A stretch of 64,000 bases of DNA from Octopus vulgaris (lineage: Eukaryota), in contig OX597822.1 in NCBI GenBank assembly GCA_951406725.2, positions 67,890,001 through 67,954,000 of the forward strand, in the 5' to 3' direction. Every line of letters starts with the position of its first letter. Position 1 is the stretch's first letter. Below the pieces are notes generated by a model. That model saw only the letters and a program-made list of their open reading frames with translations. It did no database searches and was not told the origin of the DNA. This document shows, in pieces, positions 37,351 through 51,082 of this stretch. Made by a program: the position numbers and the translations under genes.

Positions 37351-38222
37351 TACCTAAACGATCAATGACTTAATTATTTTTATTGCTCTTGGTTGTATAA
37401 AAAAAAAAATGTTTACTATTACTTACCCCGGTGGAATTCGAACTCAGAATATCGGATGACGAAGCTAAATTGTGTAAGGCATTTTAATCCGTTACTTTAC
37501 CCTTTCTTTAAATTCAGCTGCGTTTGCAATTAGAAATTTTTGATGAATCAGCTCATTTTTCACAGATGTGCTCTAGTTTCACTTCGAGCGACTTCCTTGC
37601 CGATACTTGCTATCTTTGGTTGATTAATTGCCACGCTTCATTTAACGAGCCAATCAGCAACCCAGAAATTCGCTGCACCTAATGAAACTTACTGCATGAT
37701 GCATTTCCATGCAGGAAAGGAAAATGAGTTAATCCATTCTTAGAATCCATTATGTCATCATTTTACTTCACTGAGTTTCGTGTTTTTTAATATTTCGCGA
37801 AGAGAATGGGGTGGATGTGTGGTATGGGTACTTGGAATGGATTCAGGGTGCAAATATGTGGTATAGTTCGGAGATAAGGGTGCAGGATGGAGGGGTAAGT
37901 ATGTGGTACGGATGAGAGGTGTTCATGATAAAGAAGGGTGGGTGAGATCGCGAGCCTTTCCTTAATCGAGATTAATATTTAATTTTTTTTAAAATACAAA
38001 AAACCTTAGCTATTATTGTAATAGCTAAAACTGATATTCTTGTTAAAGTAGAAGTAGGAAAGTGTAGTGTAGGACTAAATACCTTGTGTTTCGTTACGCT
38101 TCATTGCATTCACGACGTAATGAATTAGACTTTGCCTTTTATTATATTAGAATTAATAGAATATATACAAGGACATGTACTAAACTTAGAAATCGTTATT
38201 ATTATTATTATTATTATTATTA

Positions 38223-38650
38223 AGAATGCAGCGAGTAGGCAGAATCGTTAGTGCGTCGGACAAAATGCCGAGAGGCATTACTTCCGACACATTAAGTGTA
38301 AGTTCAAATTCCATCGACATCGACTTTGGCTTTCATCCCTCCGAGGTCGATAAAATAAGTAGCAGTTGAGCACTGCTGTTGTTGTGTCCGACTAACCCCA
38401 ATCACAGGCCTTGTACTTATTGCAGACAAAATTATTCTTTTCTACTCTAGGCACAAGGCCCGAAATTTTCGTGGAGGGGGCCAGTTGACCCCAATACGCA
38501 ATTGGTACTTAATTTATCGATTCCGAATGAAGGCAAGGATGAAAGGCAAAGTCAACCTCGGCGGAATTTGAACTCAGAACATAAAGACAGGCAAAATACT
38601 GCTAAGCATTTCGCCCGGTGTGCTAACGATTCTGCCAGCTCGCCGCCTTG
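38223..38650. mobile_element. Two SINE family B copies tail-to-tail; right copy has a 17-bp TSD
   Basis: TTGCAGACA(A/G)AATTATT at 38420-38436 and 38648-38664. Confidence 0.8.
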
Positions 38651-38668
38651 CAGACAGAATTATTGTTG

Positions 38669-39059
38669 GAGTAAAGATTGTTTGCCAACATAACATGGGA
38701 GTCCTGATTTAGGATGAATGTTGCTGTAATTTAGGCCCAGGAGATATCGTCTCCAGCTGGCTATACGACACGATTTGTGTCCTTATATTTTCAAACAAGG
38801 GAATCTATCACCTCCACTCAGCTCAAAACAGTATCTGTGTACCGCTATTTCCGGATTATTTCCCTTCATCAGCACAGAAATCGCGATACACAGATATTGT
38901 TTTGAGTGAGTGGGAGATGCTAGATTCCCTTGTTCGAAAATATAAGGACACAGATCGTGTCGTATAGCCAGTTGGAGACGATGTCTCCTGGGGCTAAATT
39001 ACAGCAACATTCGTCCTAAACCATGACTGCCATGCTATGTTGGCAAACAATCTTTACTC
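38669..39059. mobile_element. Long inverted repeat (about 183-bp arms), PLE inverted pLTR-like
   Basis: Arms 38669-38851 and 38877-39059, with a 25-nt spacer that contains a hammerhead core. Confidence 0.85.
38835..38877 (-). ncRNA. Minimal type-I hammerhead motif with canonical CUGAUGA core (family HH-D)
   Basis: CUGUG CUGAUGA A GGGA-aauaa-UCCG GAAA uagcgg UA CACAG. 5-bp stem I. The opposite arm preserves the palindromic stem III (GAAA UCGCGA UA CACAG, 38877-38893). Confidence 0.8.
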
Positions 39060-39294
39060 TAAAGTACTGTCGCTGAATATTTCTCATTATGAGATTTAGA
39101 AATAGTAATAATTATTAAGAAGGTGGCGAATTAGCAGAATTCATTGTCCGTCAGACGATCTGCTTGGTAACATTTCTTTTGACTTTTACGTTCTGAGTTC
39201 AAATTCCGCCGAGGTTGACTTTGTCTTTAATTCTTTCGATGAAATAAGTACTAGATCAAATATGGAGAACATAACACTGATTATTTGTATAAAT

Positions 39295-39645
39295 TAGGGG
39301 TTCTCAACATTTTTTTTTTATCTGTGGATCCCTTTGATTACTAATTTATTTTAGCGGACCCCCATATCTTTTCGATGTTTAAACACTAGTTTTATAGAAA
39401 CGTCTTTCAAAATTCTTATTTTGTTTTTGACACATTATGTTGTGTAGGTTGAACTATGTAAAATGCTAGAGAAAGAAATCTAGCTGTTTCTTGCAATACT
39501 ACTATTATATGTATATCTAAAGCGAAATTTTTCAGGGGCCCTTAAAATACTACTGTGAATCTCCAATTCATTATTTTGTACTTGGATCCCCAAAAATCTT
39601 AAACAGACTCTCAGGGGCCATATGGATTCCGGTTGAGGTCAATTC
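39295..39645. mobile_element. hAT-like MITE, degenerate
   Basis: Left end TAGGGGTTCTCAAC, right end GTTGAG; repeated GGATCCC/GGACCCC subterminal motifs. Confidence 0.45.
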
Positions 39646-39954
39646 AAAAGAGCCATTACTGAAAAGCCGACAAAGTACATAGTGAAGTTGTCCTTACCAG
39701 CTTCCCCCTTGTCTTTTACCTATGCCTTCTACCCTATCTTTTATCTATTACTAGTTTCAGTGAATGGACTGGGATCACGCTAGGGTACATCTTGAAGGGT
39801 TTCAATCGAACAAATTGCCTCTAATATATTTTTCTCTCTTATAAATATGGTACTACTTATATACTACTGTAATTAAGGAAAGCTTCCTTATTACAAGACA
39901 CTTTTGAGAAGTGAAAATTCGAAGTGAACGGCCGCCATTAGTAATAATCATAAT

Positions 39955-40378
39955 CTTTTCTACTATAGGCAAAAGAGCCTGAAATTTTGGGAGTGGGGGC
40001 TATTCGATTACATCGACCCCAGTGAGTAACCAGTATTTCATCGACCCCGAAAGGTTGAAAAGTAAAGTCGACCTCAGCTGAATTTCAACTCAGAACGTAA
40101 AGACGGACAAAAAGCCGCTAAACATTTTGCCCGGCGTTCTGCCATCTCGCTGTCTTGATTATGATCATAATCCTTTCTACTATAGGTACAAGGCCCGAAA
40201 TATGGGAGAGGGGGATAGTCGCTTGCTTCGACTCCAGTACTCAACTGGAACTTATTTCACCGACCCCGAAAGGATGAAAAGGCGAAGTCGACCTCGGCGG
40301 AATTTGAATTCAGAACGTGAAGACGGACGAAATACTGCTAAGATTTTCGCCCGGCGTGCTAACGATTCTGCCAGCTCT
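39955..40378 (-). mobile_element. Two tandem SINE family B copies (tail type 2)
   Basis: Two head-Nin-tail units. Confidence 0.82.
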
Positions 40379-40512
40379 ATCACTACAATCGGTATTGTAC
40401 TCTTCATTCAGAGCATGTTTAGTGTAATTAATTACACGAACTATAAAACAATCAATTATGTATTTGGGATATGTATGCAGACACATAAATACGTATGTAC
40501 ATATTCATCATA

Positions 40513-40594
<82 letters not shown>

Positions 40595-42000
40595 TTAAAT
40601 GTGTATATATATATATACGCATTCGTGATGTGTGTATATAAAATACAAATAGCTTTCTTTACTACTTAGAATAAAATTTTGTTTCGTCTCCATGGTAATT
40701 TAAATAAGATGTACTACGGTTTTGAACGGGAAGGAAAATATTTCAACTTTTGTCATAATACGTTTAATATTTTAAAATTTATCTTAGCCATTATATTAAA
40801 AATTCCTGAGATGACATTGCGCTTTGGGTTGTCATGTTATTCAATTACCACTGGTGTAAAAGAATACATACACAATAAACAATATAGAAAGAGAGAGACA
40901 AAAGAAAACGAACAAGAAAACGAACTGTCATGCTACACAAACCGCTATAAGGATCAATAATCGGATAAGGATGAAATAAAGTATTAAAAAGCAATAGAGC
41001 GAGTTTTATTCTAAAATATATACAAAAATGATTAAAATAAATTTTTTTAATGTTTAAAATGAAGAAAAATATGGGAATATGAACATTTTGACATTTTTTT
41101 ACAAAATCAAATATATATGATGTATGTATGTGTGTATGTATGTATGTCTGTATGTCTGTATGTATGTATGTGTGTATGTATGTGTATTTTGAAATCAATA
41201 ACTATTAAAAGAAAAGAGAAAAATATGGTGTTTTTAGAGAGTGGTCCATATTCGGTCAGCTCTGATACGCATGAGAAATATATTTTTTCCATATTTTGTT
41301 GTAGTTTCTAGGCAACAAAGACGTAGAAATGGATGTAAAAGAGACTTGGAATATATGAAGCAGAATGAGGTATTTGTGTAGCTGAGAATTGACAATGATT
41401 GACGTACATAAAACAAGATAGAAACGGGAAAATAAAAATGGAGATAAGCAAGAAAATCGAAGTGACGTTCGATACAAAGGCTGAAGCAATCAGAAATTCA
41501 AGAAGACGAGAGAAAAATAGTAGAATATAATTTATTTCTTATTGGCAACTTGTTTTGCAGTGAATTTATTTCAGTCGGTAAGCTAATGTTCATGTTTAAT
41601 GTATAAAGCGTTGCAATACAAACTAAATTTTGATAAACACTTGGGAAATAGTATTGTTTTCAAATTTTTGCATAGGCCTAGTAATTTCGGGCGAGTGCAT
41701 AACTCCATTACGGAGTCTAGTCTCAATGCTCAACTGGTACTTATTTTGTCAATCTCGAAAGGACGAAAGGTAAAGTCGACCTGGGCGGAATTTGATCTCA
41801 AAAAGTAAAAACAGACGAAAATCTTTTGCCTGGCGCAGTAATGATTCTGCCAGCACGCCGCCTTCCCTTAGATTGGTTTCAAATTTGAGCAAGGCTAGTA
41901 ATTTCAGAGGAGGGCGTAGGTCGATGACATAGATCCCACTAAGCTTTGCTTTTCCGGTGCGGCAACGATTCCGCCAGCTCGCCCCACTCTCTTGGGAAAT

Positions 42001-42290
42001 GTTTGTTCCTTCTCGACCCATGCCTGGCTCATAAGGGCCGGTTTCCTTCGCGTACAGTTTCCCCACCTGGCCGGGACGCCGGTCCGTCGCAGGTGAGCTG
42101 CAAGATGCAGGAGGAAAGAGTGAGAGAAAGTTGTGGCGAAAGAGTCCTCAGAAGTTCGCCATTACTTTCTGCCGGAGCTGCGCGGAGCTTAGGTGTTTCG
42201 CTCATAAACACACACATCGCCCAGTCTGAGATTCGAACCCACAATCCCTCGACCGCGAGTCCGCTGCTCTAACCACTAAGCCATGTGGTA
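42001..42290 (-). mobile_element. SINE family C (V-domain-like), full length, 17-bp TSD
   Basis: TSD CCACTCT(C/G)TTGGGAAAT at 41984-42000 and 42291-42307; tRNA head GGCTTAGTGGTTAGAGC..GGTTCGAATC. Confidence 0.87.
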
Positions 42291-42327
42291 CCACTCTGTT
42301 GGGAAATAATATTAGTCAAATGACAAT

Positions 42328-42725
42328 GGCGGCGAGCTGTCAGAATCGTTCGCACGCCATCGAAATGTTTAGCTGTATTTTGTCTGCCGCTACGTTCTGA
42401 GTTCAAATTCCGCCGAGGTCGACTTTGCCTTTCATCCTTTCGGGGTCGATTGAATAAAGTACCAGTTAAGCACTGGGGTCGATATAATCGACTTAATCCG
42501 TTTGTCTGTCCTTGTTTGTCCTCTCTGTGTTTAGCCCCTTGTTGGTAGTAAAGAAATAGGTATTTCGTATGCCGCTACGTTCTGAGTTTAAATTCTGCCA
42601 AGGTCAGCTTTGCTTTTCATCCCTTCGGGGTCGATTAAATAAGTACCAATTGCGCACTGGGGTTGATGTAATCGACTTAATCCGTTTCCAAAATCCGAGG
42701 CCTTGTACTTCCAGTAGAAAAGAAT
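42328..42725 (+). mobile_element. Nested SINE family B dimer (tail 1 copy inside the head of a tail 2 copy)
   Basis: Junction AAAGAAATA|GGTATTTCG at about 42559. Confidence 0.85.
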
Positions 42726-43137
42726 ATTAGTCAAACGACGAATACTGCATTCATTTTTCTGGCAAGCATCATTGACAATATTTTGGTCTTGTTCTTTCGT
42801 AATCAGCGAAGTAAATCGTTGTCCGGTTTATAATGTAATTCAGTCTGTTAAAAATGATTTCATAATGACGGTAGACTTGACGTAAATCTTTCATCATACA
42901 ACCGTGTCAATATGAACATGTAAAATTTTCGGCAACTATCAGTATTATTTGTATATTATGCAAATGTAATCAAAATAGAAATAAAACTAACAAAAATAGG
43001 AACAAAAAAATTTATTCAAGTAATAACTCCTAGTAAGTAATACGGTGGACGAGATAAGCTTGGTAAGCATCAATATGCAGCATTGTTTAAGAACACTGGA
43101 CAGGTATTCTTCATCATTCAAAGGTAGTTAAGCACAC

Positions 43138-43169
<32 letters not shown>

Positions 43170-43185
<16 letters not shown>

Positions 43186-43574
43186 GGCAGTTTGTCTGTG
43201 CGTGTTTCTGTGTGTCTGTTTGCTTGTACCCTCACCCTGACCACGGCTTTCAACCGATTCTGATGAAACTTGACACACACATAGCCCAATGTCATAATTC
43301 AAAACTAACGCAGCGAAAATTTTGAAAAGTTCCCCCAGTTCTGAAAAAAAATCAATAAATTCGACATGGGGTCGAGAATCAGAAACACAAACCAAAATCT
43401 GTCTAGGGGACGCAACTCCACTTTTTTTTAACTCTCAAAACAAATTTACCATCATTTTTTCCCCATTTTTTTGCTATTTTTTGCTATTTTTAGAGAGTTT
43501 TTGCCTATAACTCTCTAAAAATGCTTTATAGTTACTTCCCTTACAAACCTGAGCAACGCCGGGCGATACCGCTA

Positions 43575-43575
<1 letters not shown>
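43170..43575 (+). mobile_element. Non-autonomous Helitron in (TA)n
   Basis: The 3' end CCTGAGCAACGCCGGGCGATACCGCTAG|T is shared with 23173-23570; the 5' half differs. Confidence 0.82.
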
Positions 43576-43617
<42 letters not shown>

Positions 43618-43687
43618 GTGATCGCGTGTGTACTGTTGGCGATTTTTCCCCTCTGTCTTCCCTTCTCTGGATCTTTAATTCTCCTAT

Positions 43688-43722
43688 GTTTCCGACGAAG
43701 AGCCCCGCTCGAAACGTTAAAC
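43688..43722 (+). ncRNA. Minimal hammerhead motif (family HH-E), U4C core, extra A after A9
   Basis: GUUU CCGACGA A GAGC-ccc-GCUC GAAA CG UU AAAC. ACGU palindrome, GUU triplet. Confidence 0.78.
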
Positions 43723-44394
43723 CCTCCTTCTTTCCTTCTTTCCTGAGCATCCAATAATACTGTATTTGTTCCACGTCCTCGCGTTGTTGTGTATTTCATG
43801 TTTGGATTTTCCATCTTCCCCTCAGCTGGAGTCCTTTTTCCTTAACCCCCCCCTTTTTTGTTACACACGCGCGCACACATATACACACATTGCTTAAATA
43901 TATACATTACTCTTACACACATTCAATCTACTCGCCATTAATACTACCACGACACTGGACACACACACACACTACTACTCAACACACACCACGCTACATA
44001 CCCCCCCACCCCTTCCCCTCCCTCCCTTCCTCCTTCCTTCTTTTTCTTACTACTGACCACTGTCTGCTATGCCTACCACTGTCTCGCCCTACCTCACACG
44101 CCTACACACAGACGTACACACTAACACATACATATATTTTTTGTTATTCCTTGTTTTTTTATCTCGCCTCACACACACACATACACACACGCACACGCAC
44201 ACACTCACACATACACACACATCTGTTGCGTTACCAACCGTGTCTCCACTCTTTTGGCTTTAAAAACCTACTTTGCTCTTGTTATCGTAAACTTCCGCCT
44301 TTCACCATGTGTAACTCGTAAACACCAGTCGTTTTTTTCTCTATCTCCTGTTGCCCGCTTTGGGATCTTTCTTTCCTCTCTCTTCCTTCTTTAT

Positions 44395-44429
44395 GTTTCC
44401 GACGAAGAGCTCCGCTCGAAACGTCATAC
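44395..44429 (+). ncRNA. Second HH-E hammerhead motif
   Basis: GUUU CCGACGA A GAGC-ucc-GCUC GAAA CG UC AUAC. GUC triplet; lies in a diverged direct repeat of 43640-43810. Confidence 0.75.
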
Positions 44430-44516
44430 CTTCCTGCTTCCATTTCCTGAGCGCCTATTAATAATAATACTGTAAGTGTTCCATTGTTGTTGTTTTTTTG
44501 TTTTCCCGTTTGGATT

Positions 44517-44566
<50 letters not shown>

Positions 44567-44682
44567 TTAATAAGGGTGAGAGAATTAGATACTAATTTAA
44601 TAGTATATTTATTCCACACCAAGTGGCCTAGTGCTACGAGAAACCTGGATTATTATAATATTTTATAACATATTATAATATT

Positions 44683-44862
44683 ATATCGAACCATCTCAAG
44701 TATAACTGCCCAAAATGGTCGTAACTTCCGGAATTTGACTGAGGAAAGAAAGCCACGACTGACTCGTCTTTGTTTGCCTGTCCTTCTAATTGTTGTTTCT
44801 CTCCGCCTTTGTCTCGTTTATCTGTCCGAATCTTTTAATGTCCTCTAGTGCGTTTTTGTTCC
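44683..44862 (+). mobile_element. PLE-type terminal repeat fragment
   Basis: Homologous to 35232-35412. Confidence 0.55.
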
Positions 44863-44951
44863 ACACACATGTATATATATATATATATACATATGTACAC
44901 ATACACGCACACACACACACATATACACACACATATACACACACACACACA

Positions 44952-45018
<67 letters not shown>

Positions 45019-45019
45019 A

Positions 45020-45200
45020 CGCGCAGGAATGGCGGAATGGTTGTGTGGTAAGTAGCTTGTTCACCAACCACATGGTTCCGGGTTTCGTCCCACTGCTTAG
45101 AACCTTGGGCAAGTGTCTTCTATTATAGTCTCGGACCGATCAAGGCTTTGTGAGTGGATTTGGTAGATGGAAACCGAAAGAAGCCTGTCGTATATGTATG

Positions 45201-45248
<48 letters not shown>

Positions 45249-45330
45249 TATGTATTTGTTTGTGTGTCTGTGTTTGTCCCCCACCATCGCTTGACAACCG
45301 ATGTTCGTGTGTTTACGCCTCCATAACTTG
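45020..45330 (+). mobile_element. SINE family A, 3'-truncated
   Basis: Head and body homology. Confidence 0.85.
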
Positions 45331-45679
45331 GCTATCTATCTTCTCCTCGAAATGACAGTCGACAACTGACAAAGCGTTGTTCTTTATGTTACTCGTCCTG
45401 TTTTCCATTTGTTTCTCTCGTTGTTTTCGTATTGATCTCATTTGCTTTCGTATTTCACGTTGTTTACCATTCGCTGACGTCCTGTACTCATATATGCATC
45501 TGTATGTGCATATATGTGTGTGTGTGTGTGCGCGCGCGCGTTTGCATACGTATATACATGTATATATATATTGTTTTTTTAAGATATATTTTTCTTAACA
45601 GGAAACCAATGGTAGTCTTAATATACACATAAAGAAATTCTATCCCTCAGTTCGGTGTTGAAGACTCATTCTCGTCTTT

Positions 45680-46080
<401 letters not shown>

Positions 46081-46082
<2 letters not shown>

Positions 46083-46385
46083 AGGCACAATGGCCCAGTG
46101 GTTAGGGCAGCGGACTCGCGGTCGTAGGATTGCGGTTTCGATTCCTAGACCGGTCATTGTGAGTGTTTATTGAGCGAAAACACCTAAAAGCTCCACGTGA
46201 CTCCAGCAGGGAGTGGTGGCGATCCCTGCCTAACTCTTTCGCCACAACTTTCTCTCACTCTTTCTTCTGTTAGCCAGCTCGCTTAGCCAGCGGGGTGGCG
46301 TCATTTGAAGGCTAAAACAATGAGAAGCGCATTGTGACCAGCGATGTGTAGCAACATCTGATAGCCTGGTCGGTCATGGTGATCA
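46081..46385 (+). mobile_element. SINE family C variant with an alternative tail
   Basis: Head shared with 56866-57164; the 3' part differs. Confidence 0.78.
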
Positions 46386-46561
46386 TGGTGGTGATATATA
46401 TATATATATATAAGTTCCAAAAATTAAACAAAGACACAATAAAGAAACAAGCGGAAAATTCACAGACGAGAGAAGGACATTGCACATTCTTCGTCATTTA
46501 TCGTCCAGAAGATCTTTACAATTTCACGTATGTGTATGTGTGCATGTATGTATGTATGTAC

Positions 46562-46610
<49 letters not shown>

Positions 46611-46664
46611 GTAGTTAAAAGTTGAACGCTACACGGCTACATCTTTTCCTTCCCAAATTGACAC

Positions 46665-46875
46665 TATTTTATACTCTAGGCACAAGGCCCGAAATTTTGG
46701 GGGAGGGTGGCAGTTGATTAGATCAACCCTAGTGCGTAACTGGTACTTTATTTATCGACCCCGAATGGATGAAAGGCAAAGTCGACCTCAGGGGAATTTG
46801 AACTCAGAACGTAAAGAAAGACGAAATAGCGGTAAGCATTTCGCCCGGCGTTCTAACGGTTCTGCCAGCTCCCCA
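46665..46875 (-). mobile_element. SINE family B, tail type 2
   Basis: Head-Nin-tail homology. Confidence 0.85.
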
Positions 46876-47059
46876 AGTAGATAATCCATCGTTATTGCGG
46901 TAAATATGGCTTTGTGACAAAGGCTATGTGCAGACCAGTTATTGCAGGAAATTGGGAATGGTTCTTTATACAAATAATAAACAACAGAAAAGGGACAAAG
47001 CAAAGAATAATGTAAACCAGACAAGCAATAAAGGAAGAATGACAGAAAGCAATAAAATA

Positions 47060-47629
47060 TTGGGTTGTCCGGAAAGTTCGTGCCCATTTTTAAAGGGAAG
47101 AAGAAGGTTAATAAATACTTGCCATTACCCAAGCTTTACCAGGTGCTCATGAACGACAGATTTTGATAGGTTGAGGCTTTCTGCCAATTCTCGGGTTGTG
47201 TAATGTGTGTTATTCTCCATGAATGACTTGATCATCATCTGTAGTGGATGGTCTGCATGATCGCTCTTTATCAATAAGGCTACAATCTCCAGCTCGGAAC
47301 CTTGCGAACCACTTCCGTACATCTCTTTCGGATAAAGGAACATCACCTTAAACTGCGCATATTTCTTTGGTTGCTTGTGAGGCATTTTTCCCTTTTCGGA
47401 AAAAGAAAAGCATTAAGTGCCGAAAATGAACTTTGTTATCTTCTAATTTAAAGGATTACAGAATTAACACAGTTTATAGGAACATAAACCTTCTTCCACG
47501 AAAAGATAGCTTAAACTGTGCTCTAAATGTAGGTATAGTCAAATCCTATTTTATGGACTCAAACATGTTCTAAAATAAGACAAAATGTAAGCTGCTATAA
47601 AATCGGCACGAACTTTCCGGACCACCCAT
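47060..47629 (-). mobile_element. Second copy of the 570-bp deleted mariner
   Basis: Same TIRs, same length and same deletion junction as 21946-22515; ORF disrupted. Confidence 0.93.
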
Positions 47630-48289
47630 TATAAGGCTGATGCAATACATTATGTCAATTAACCGTCGTTCACGGATTTCTCGTTAATACTTTGCGCTTG
47701 CCTTCCTACAATGTTTGTAAACGTAGAACGTAGAGGAATTTTGTAGTTGCTGTTTTTTAAATATATGTATTATTATCTGTATGGTGACTAAAAACGATAA
47801 GAAACATTATTTCAATGGTATTGATAAAACAGTGAATTAAAAATATATATATATATAAATATATTAATTAAGAGAACTAATAGATAAGAATAACAGATAA
47901 GAAATGTTTTTCATGAATTATGAAAAGATAAGAAATGGTATTATGAATATAATGGTATTTAAAATTTAAGATATATTATAATTAAAATATTTTAATATTA
48001 GTGATAATACCATTGATATAGATATCTGATACGGTATGCAAACGTTGAGGAGAAGATAAATTTTAAAATGTGTGGATAACTAGTTCAGTGGGAATATACG
48101 GCCAGTGTAAGTAGCTTAGGGCTCAGAAAAATTTTCACGCGATAATTCTGTTTTTATAATAAGTGTTTTACAGTCATTGAAATGTAATTGGACATGTTAT
48201 TAGGATATCTTATTTGAAAGAATACCATGGTAACAATATGTCATCGTATTTTTTTTTTATGTGTGAATACGATGATCTGAACATTTCAG

Positions 48290-48820
48290 CAATGGGCGGC
48301 ACTAGCACTCATGGCTTCTGATCTTAACTGATTGGAAGTGTTATGTATGTGTTTTGTCTTGGTGTAAGAGATGAGCTGCAGCAAATATTCTGCTCAATAC
48401 CACAGATTTGCTTGTCAGTTGTTTGACCTTAATCAGTTGAGTATGTCCCTTAGTGGATGATTATAGGTGCATCTCTGATCACAAGGAGAAGTAGTGGGGA
48501 ACATCATAGTTTTGTATTGAGAGGAATTCTTTTGGATTTAAATAATTCGCCTCTGGAAACATGAGTGTTTCGTTTAACATCCTTAAACAACCCTTATTCA
48601 GGGACCTTTTGAGCAGGATGGGCTATTCGACCCGAAGAAAATTCTAACTGGGCCCCACTTGCAAGGTCATGCGCTGTTTATCTTGACATGTCACGTACAT
48701 ATGGTTGTGATGTATGTGCCTGGTGTACCCTTATCAGACGGGTAGTCATGATGGTTATACTGGGCTTCGTATATTTGTACTCTAGTCTCACTTTGATGGC
48801 ATGCACTGCTCTCTCACTCG
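48290..48820. mobile_element. Interspersed non-LTR-like repeat abutting (TAA/CAA/TGA/CGA)n
   Basis: Homologous to 32790-33030; followed by a trinucleotide array at 48821-48960. Confidence 0.7.
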
Positions 48821-49115
48821 ATAATAATAACAACAACAACAACAATAACAATAACAATAACAATAATAATAACAATAATAATAATAATAATGATAATAAT
48901 AATAATAATAATAATGATGATGATGATGATGATGATGACGACGACGACGACGACGACGACGCCGTCCGATTGCTGCATAATCTGAGTATAAAACGTGGAA
49001 GTAGCCAGCTTACCATTACTGCTTTCATTAAATATTTTATTTTTCGCTGCCTTGAGAAGTTTTTGCTGATCCTGTCAACAAGCGAACAATATACTATATA
49101 TATATATATGTGTGA

Positions 49116-49385
49116 AGGCGCATGACTCAGTGGTTAGAGCATCGGGTTCACAATTGTGAGTTAGAGAGTTCGATTCCGGGCTGGGATGTGTGTTGAGTTC
49201 TTGGGCGAGACACTTTATTTCACGTTGCTCCAGTTCACTCAGCCGTAGAAATAAGTTGTGACATCACTGGTGCTAAGCTGCATCGGCCTTTACCTTTCCC
49301 TTGGACAACATCAGTGACGTGGAGAGAGAGCAAGATGATACGCATGGGTGACTGCTGGTCTACTATAAACAATCTCACCTGGACT
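49116..49385 (+). mobile_element. SINE family C
   Basis: Homologous to 26150-26502. Confidence 0.78.
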
Positions 49386-49407
49386 TTACTCTTTACTCTT
49401 CACACTG

Positions 49408-49510
<103 letters not shown>

Positions 49511-49886
49511 GAGGGCATTATTACACATAAATGCCACACGTTAGGAGGGACTCTTAAATTCAAAACTACTAAAATAAACATATCGTACCGAAAACAAGTC
49601 TCGAAGCAAGTCATTTAAAAACAGAATTAGCTGCAGATCACCAGTTATTTCGTTTTTCACGCTAACTACTTGATAAATTCTTATAAAGGTTTTATCCTAT
49701 TTTTAAATTTTATATATATATACAAAAATTAATTTTAATAATAAAGAGTATATTCAATAACAATTTTACCAGGTAGCCAGTGCAGGTAGCAAAAAGGACT
49801 TTAACGTTCATTTCTTACGGTGCGTGGTGAGGCATAAAGCCGACCCCTTGTTACAATTATTTAAATAATTTTAAAATATTATATAT

Positions 49887-49940
<54 letters not shown>

Positions 49941-50421
49941 ATTTAAAGACGTATCAGTGCTAAACTAAAAATAACACCTATTCGAAATCTTGGTATTTCG
50001 TTGAATGATGACAAGAAGTCGTGAAGGACTTCGGCGACCACACTTACCATAAGAGATAGGACAGGCTTTTAGATTAATCCGATTCACCAAATTCCACTTA
50101 AGTTCATATATACAATATTGGTCAAGCTGAGGTTATAGCAGAACATACTTGAGTTAATTGATATCTGACGAAGTTGTTTGAAATTTCACAACTTCATTTC
50201 GTATCGTTAGTCAAGGATAAGTATAGGTCATTAGGGCACCCCACGTTTGGATCTTTTGCTGAGAAATCTTGAAATATCGACAGGGGAGACATGAATTCAA
50301 ATTCTTTATATTCCCTCCAACAACTCAAAATGGTTAGTTCGGTGTGGGCGGGGACACGGAGATTGAAAAGGAATCAGGAACTGAAGAGTTGGGGATGGAG
50401 AATTTCTGAAGAAAAAGATAG

Positions 50422-50676
50422 AGTAGTAGTAGTAGTAGTAGTAGTAGCAGGAGAAGTAGTAGTAGTAGTAGTGATGGAAGTGGTGGTGGTGTTAGTTTTA
50501 GTTGTGTTTGTGATTGTGGTGGTGGTGGTGGTGGTGGTGGTGGTGGTATTTGTTCTAGTAGTAGTAGTGGTGGTGGTGCTGGCGGTGGTGGTGGTGCTGG
50601 CGGTGGTGGTGGTGCTGGTGCTGGTGGAGTGGCGGCGGCGGCGGCGGCAGCGGCGGCGGCAGCGGCGGCAGCAGTG

Positions 50677-50707
<31 letters not shown>

Positions 50708-51082
50708 CAGTAGTAGTAGTAATAGTAGTAGAAAGAGAAGAGGAGGAGGAGCAGCAGAAGGAGGAAGGAAGATGGCGAGGAAGAGGAGAAGAAGTAGTAG
50801 AAGAAGAAGAAGAAGAAGAAGAAGAAGAAGAGAGAAGAAGAAGAAAGGAAAAGAAGAAGAAGAAGAAGAAGAAGGGGAAAAGAAGAAGAAGAAGGAAAAG
50901 AAGAAGAAGAAGAAGAAGAAGAAGAAGAAGAAGAGAAGAAGAAGAAAGAAGAAGAAGAAGAAGAAGAAGAAGAAGAAGAAGAAGAAGAAGAAGAAGAAGA
51001 AGAAGAAGAAGAAGAAGAAGAAGAAGAAGAAGAAGAAGAAGAAGAAGAAGAAAATGATGATGATGCCGATGACGATGATGAT
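50422..51082. repeat. Compound trinucleotide array (GTA/GTG/GCG/GCA then about 260 bp GAA, then GAT)
   Basis: Seen directly. Confidence 0.96.

Noticed and set aside
43260-43272. CTGATGAAAC in the Helitron
   Set aside because: CUGAUGA and GAAA overlap with no stem II; this is a common Helitron internal motif.
50165-50200. CTGACGA followed by a hairpin
   Set aside because: No GAAA after the stem, so it is not a hammerhead.
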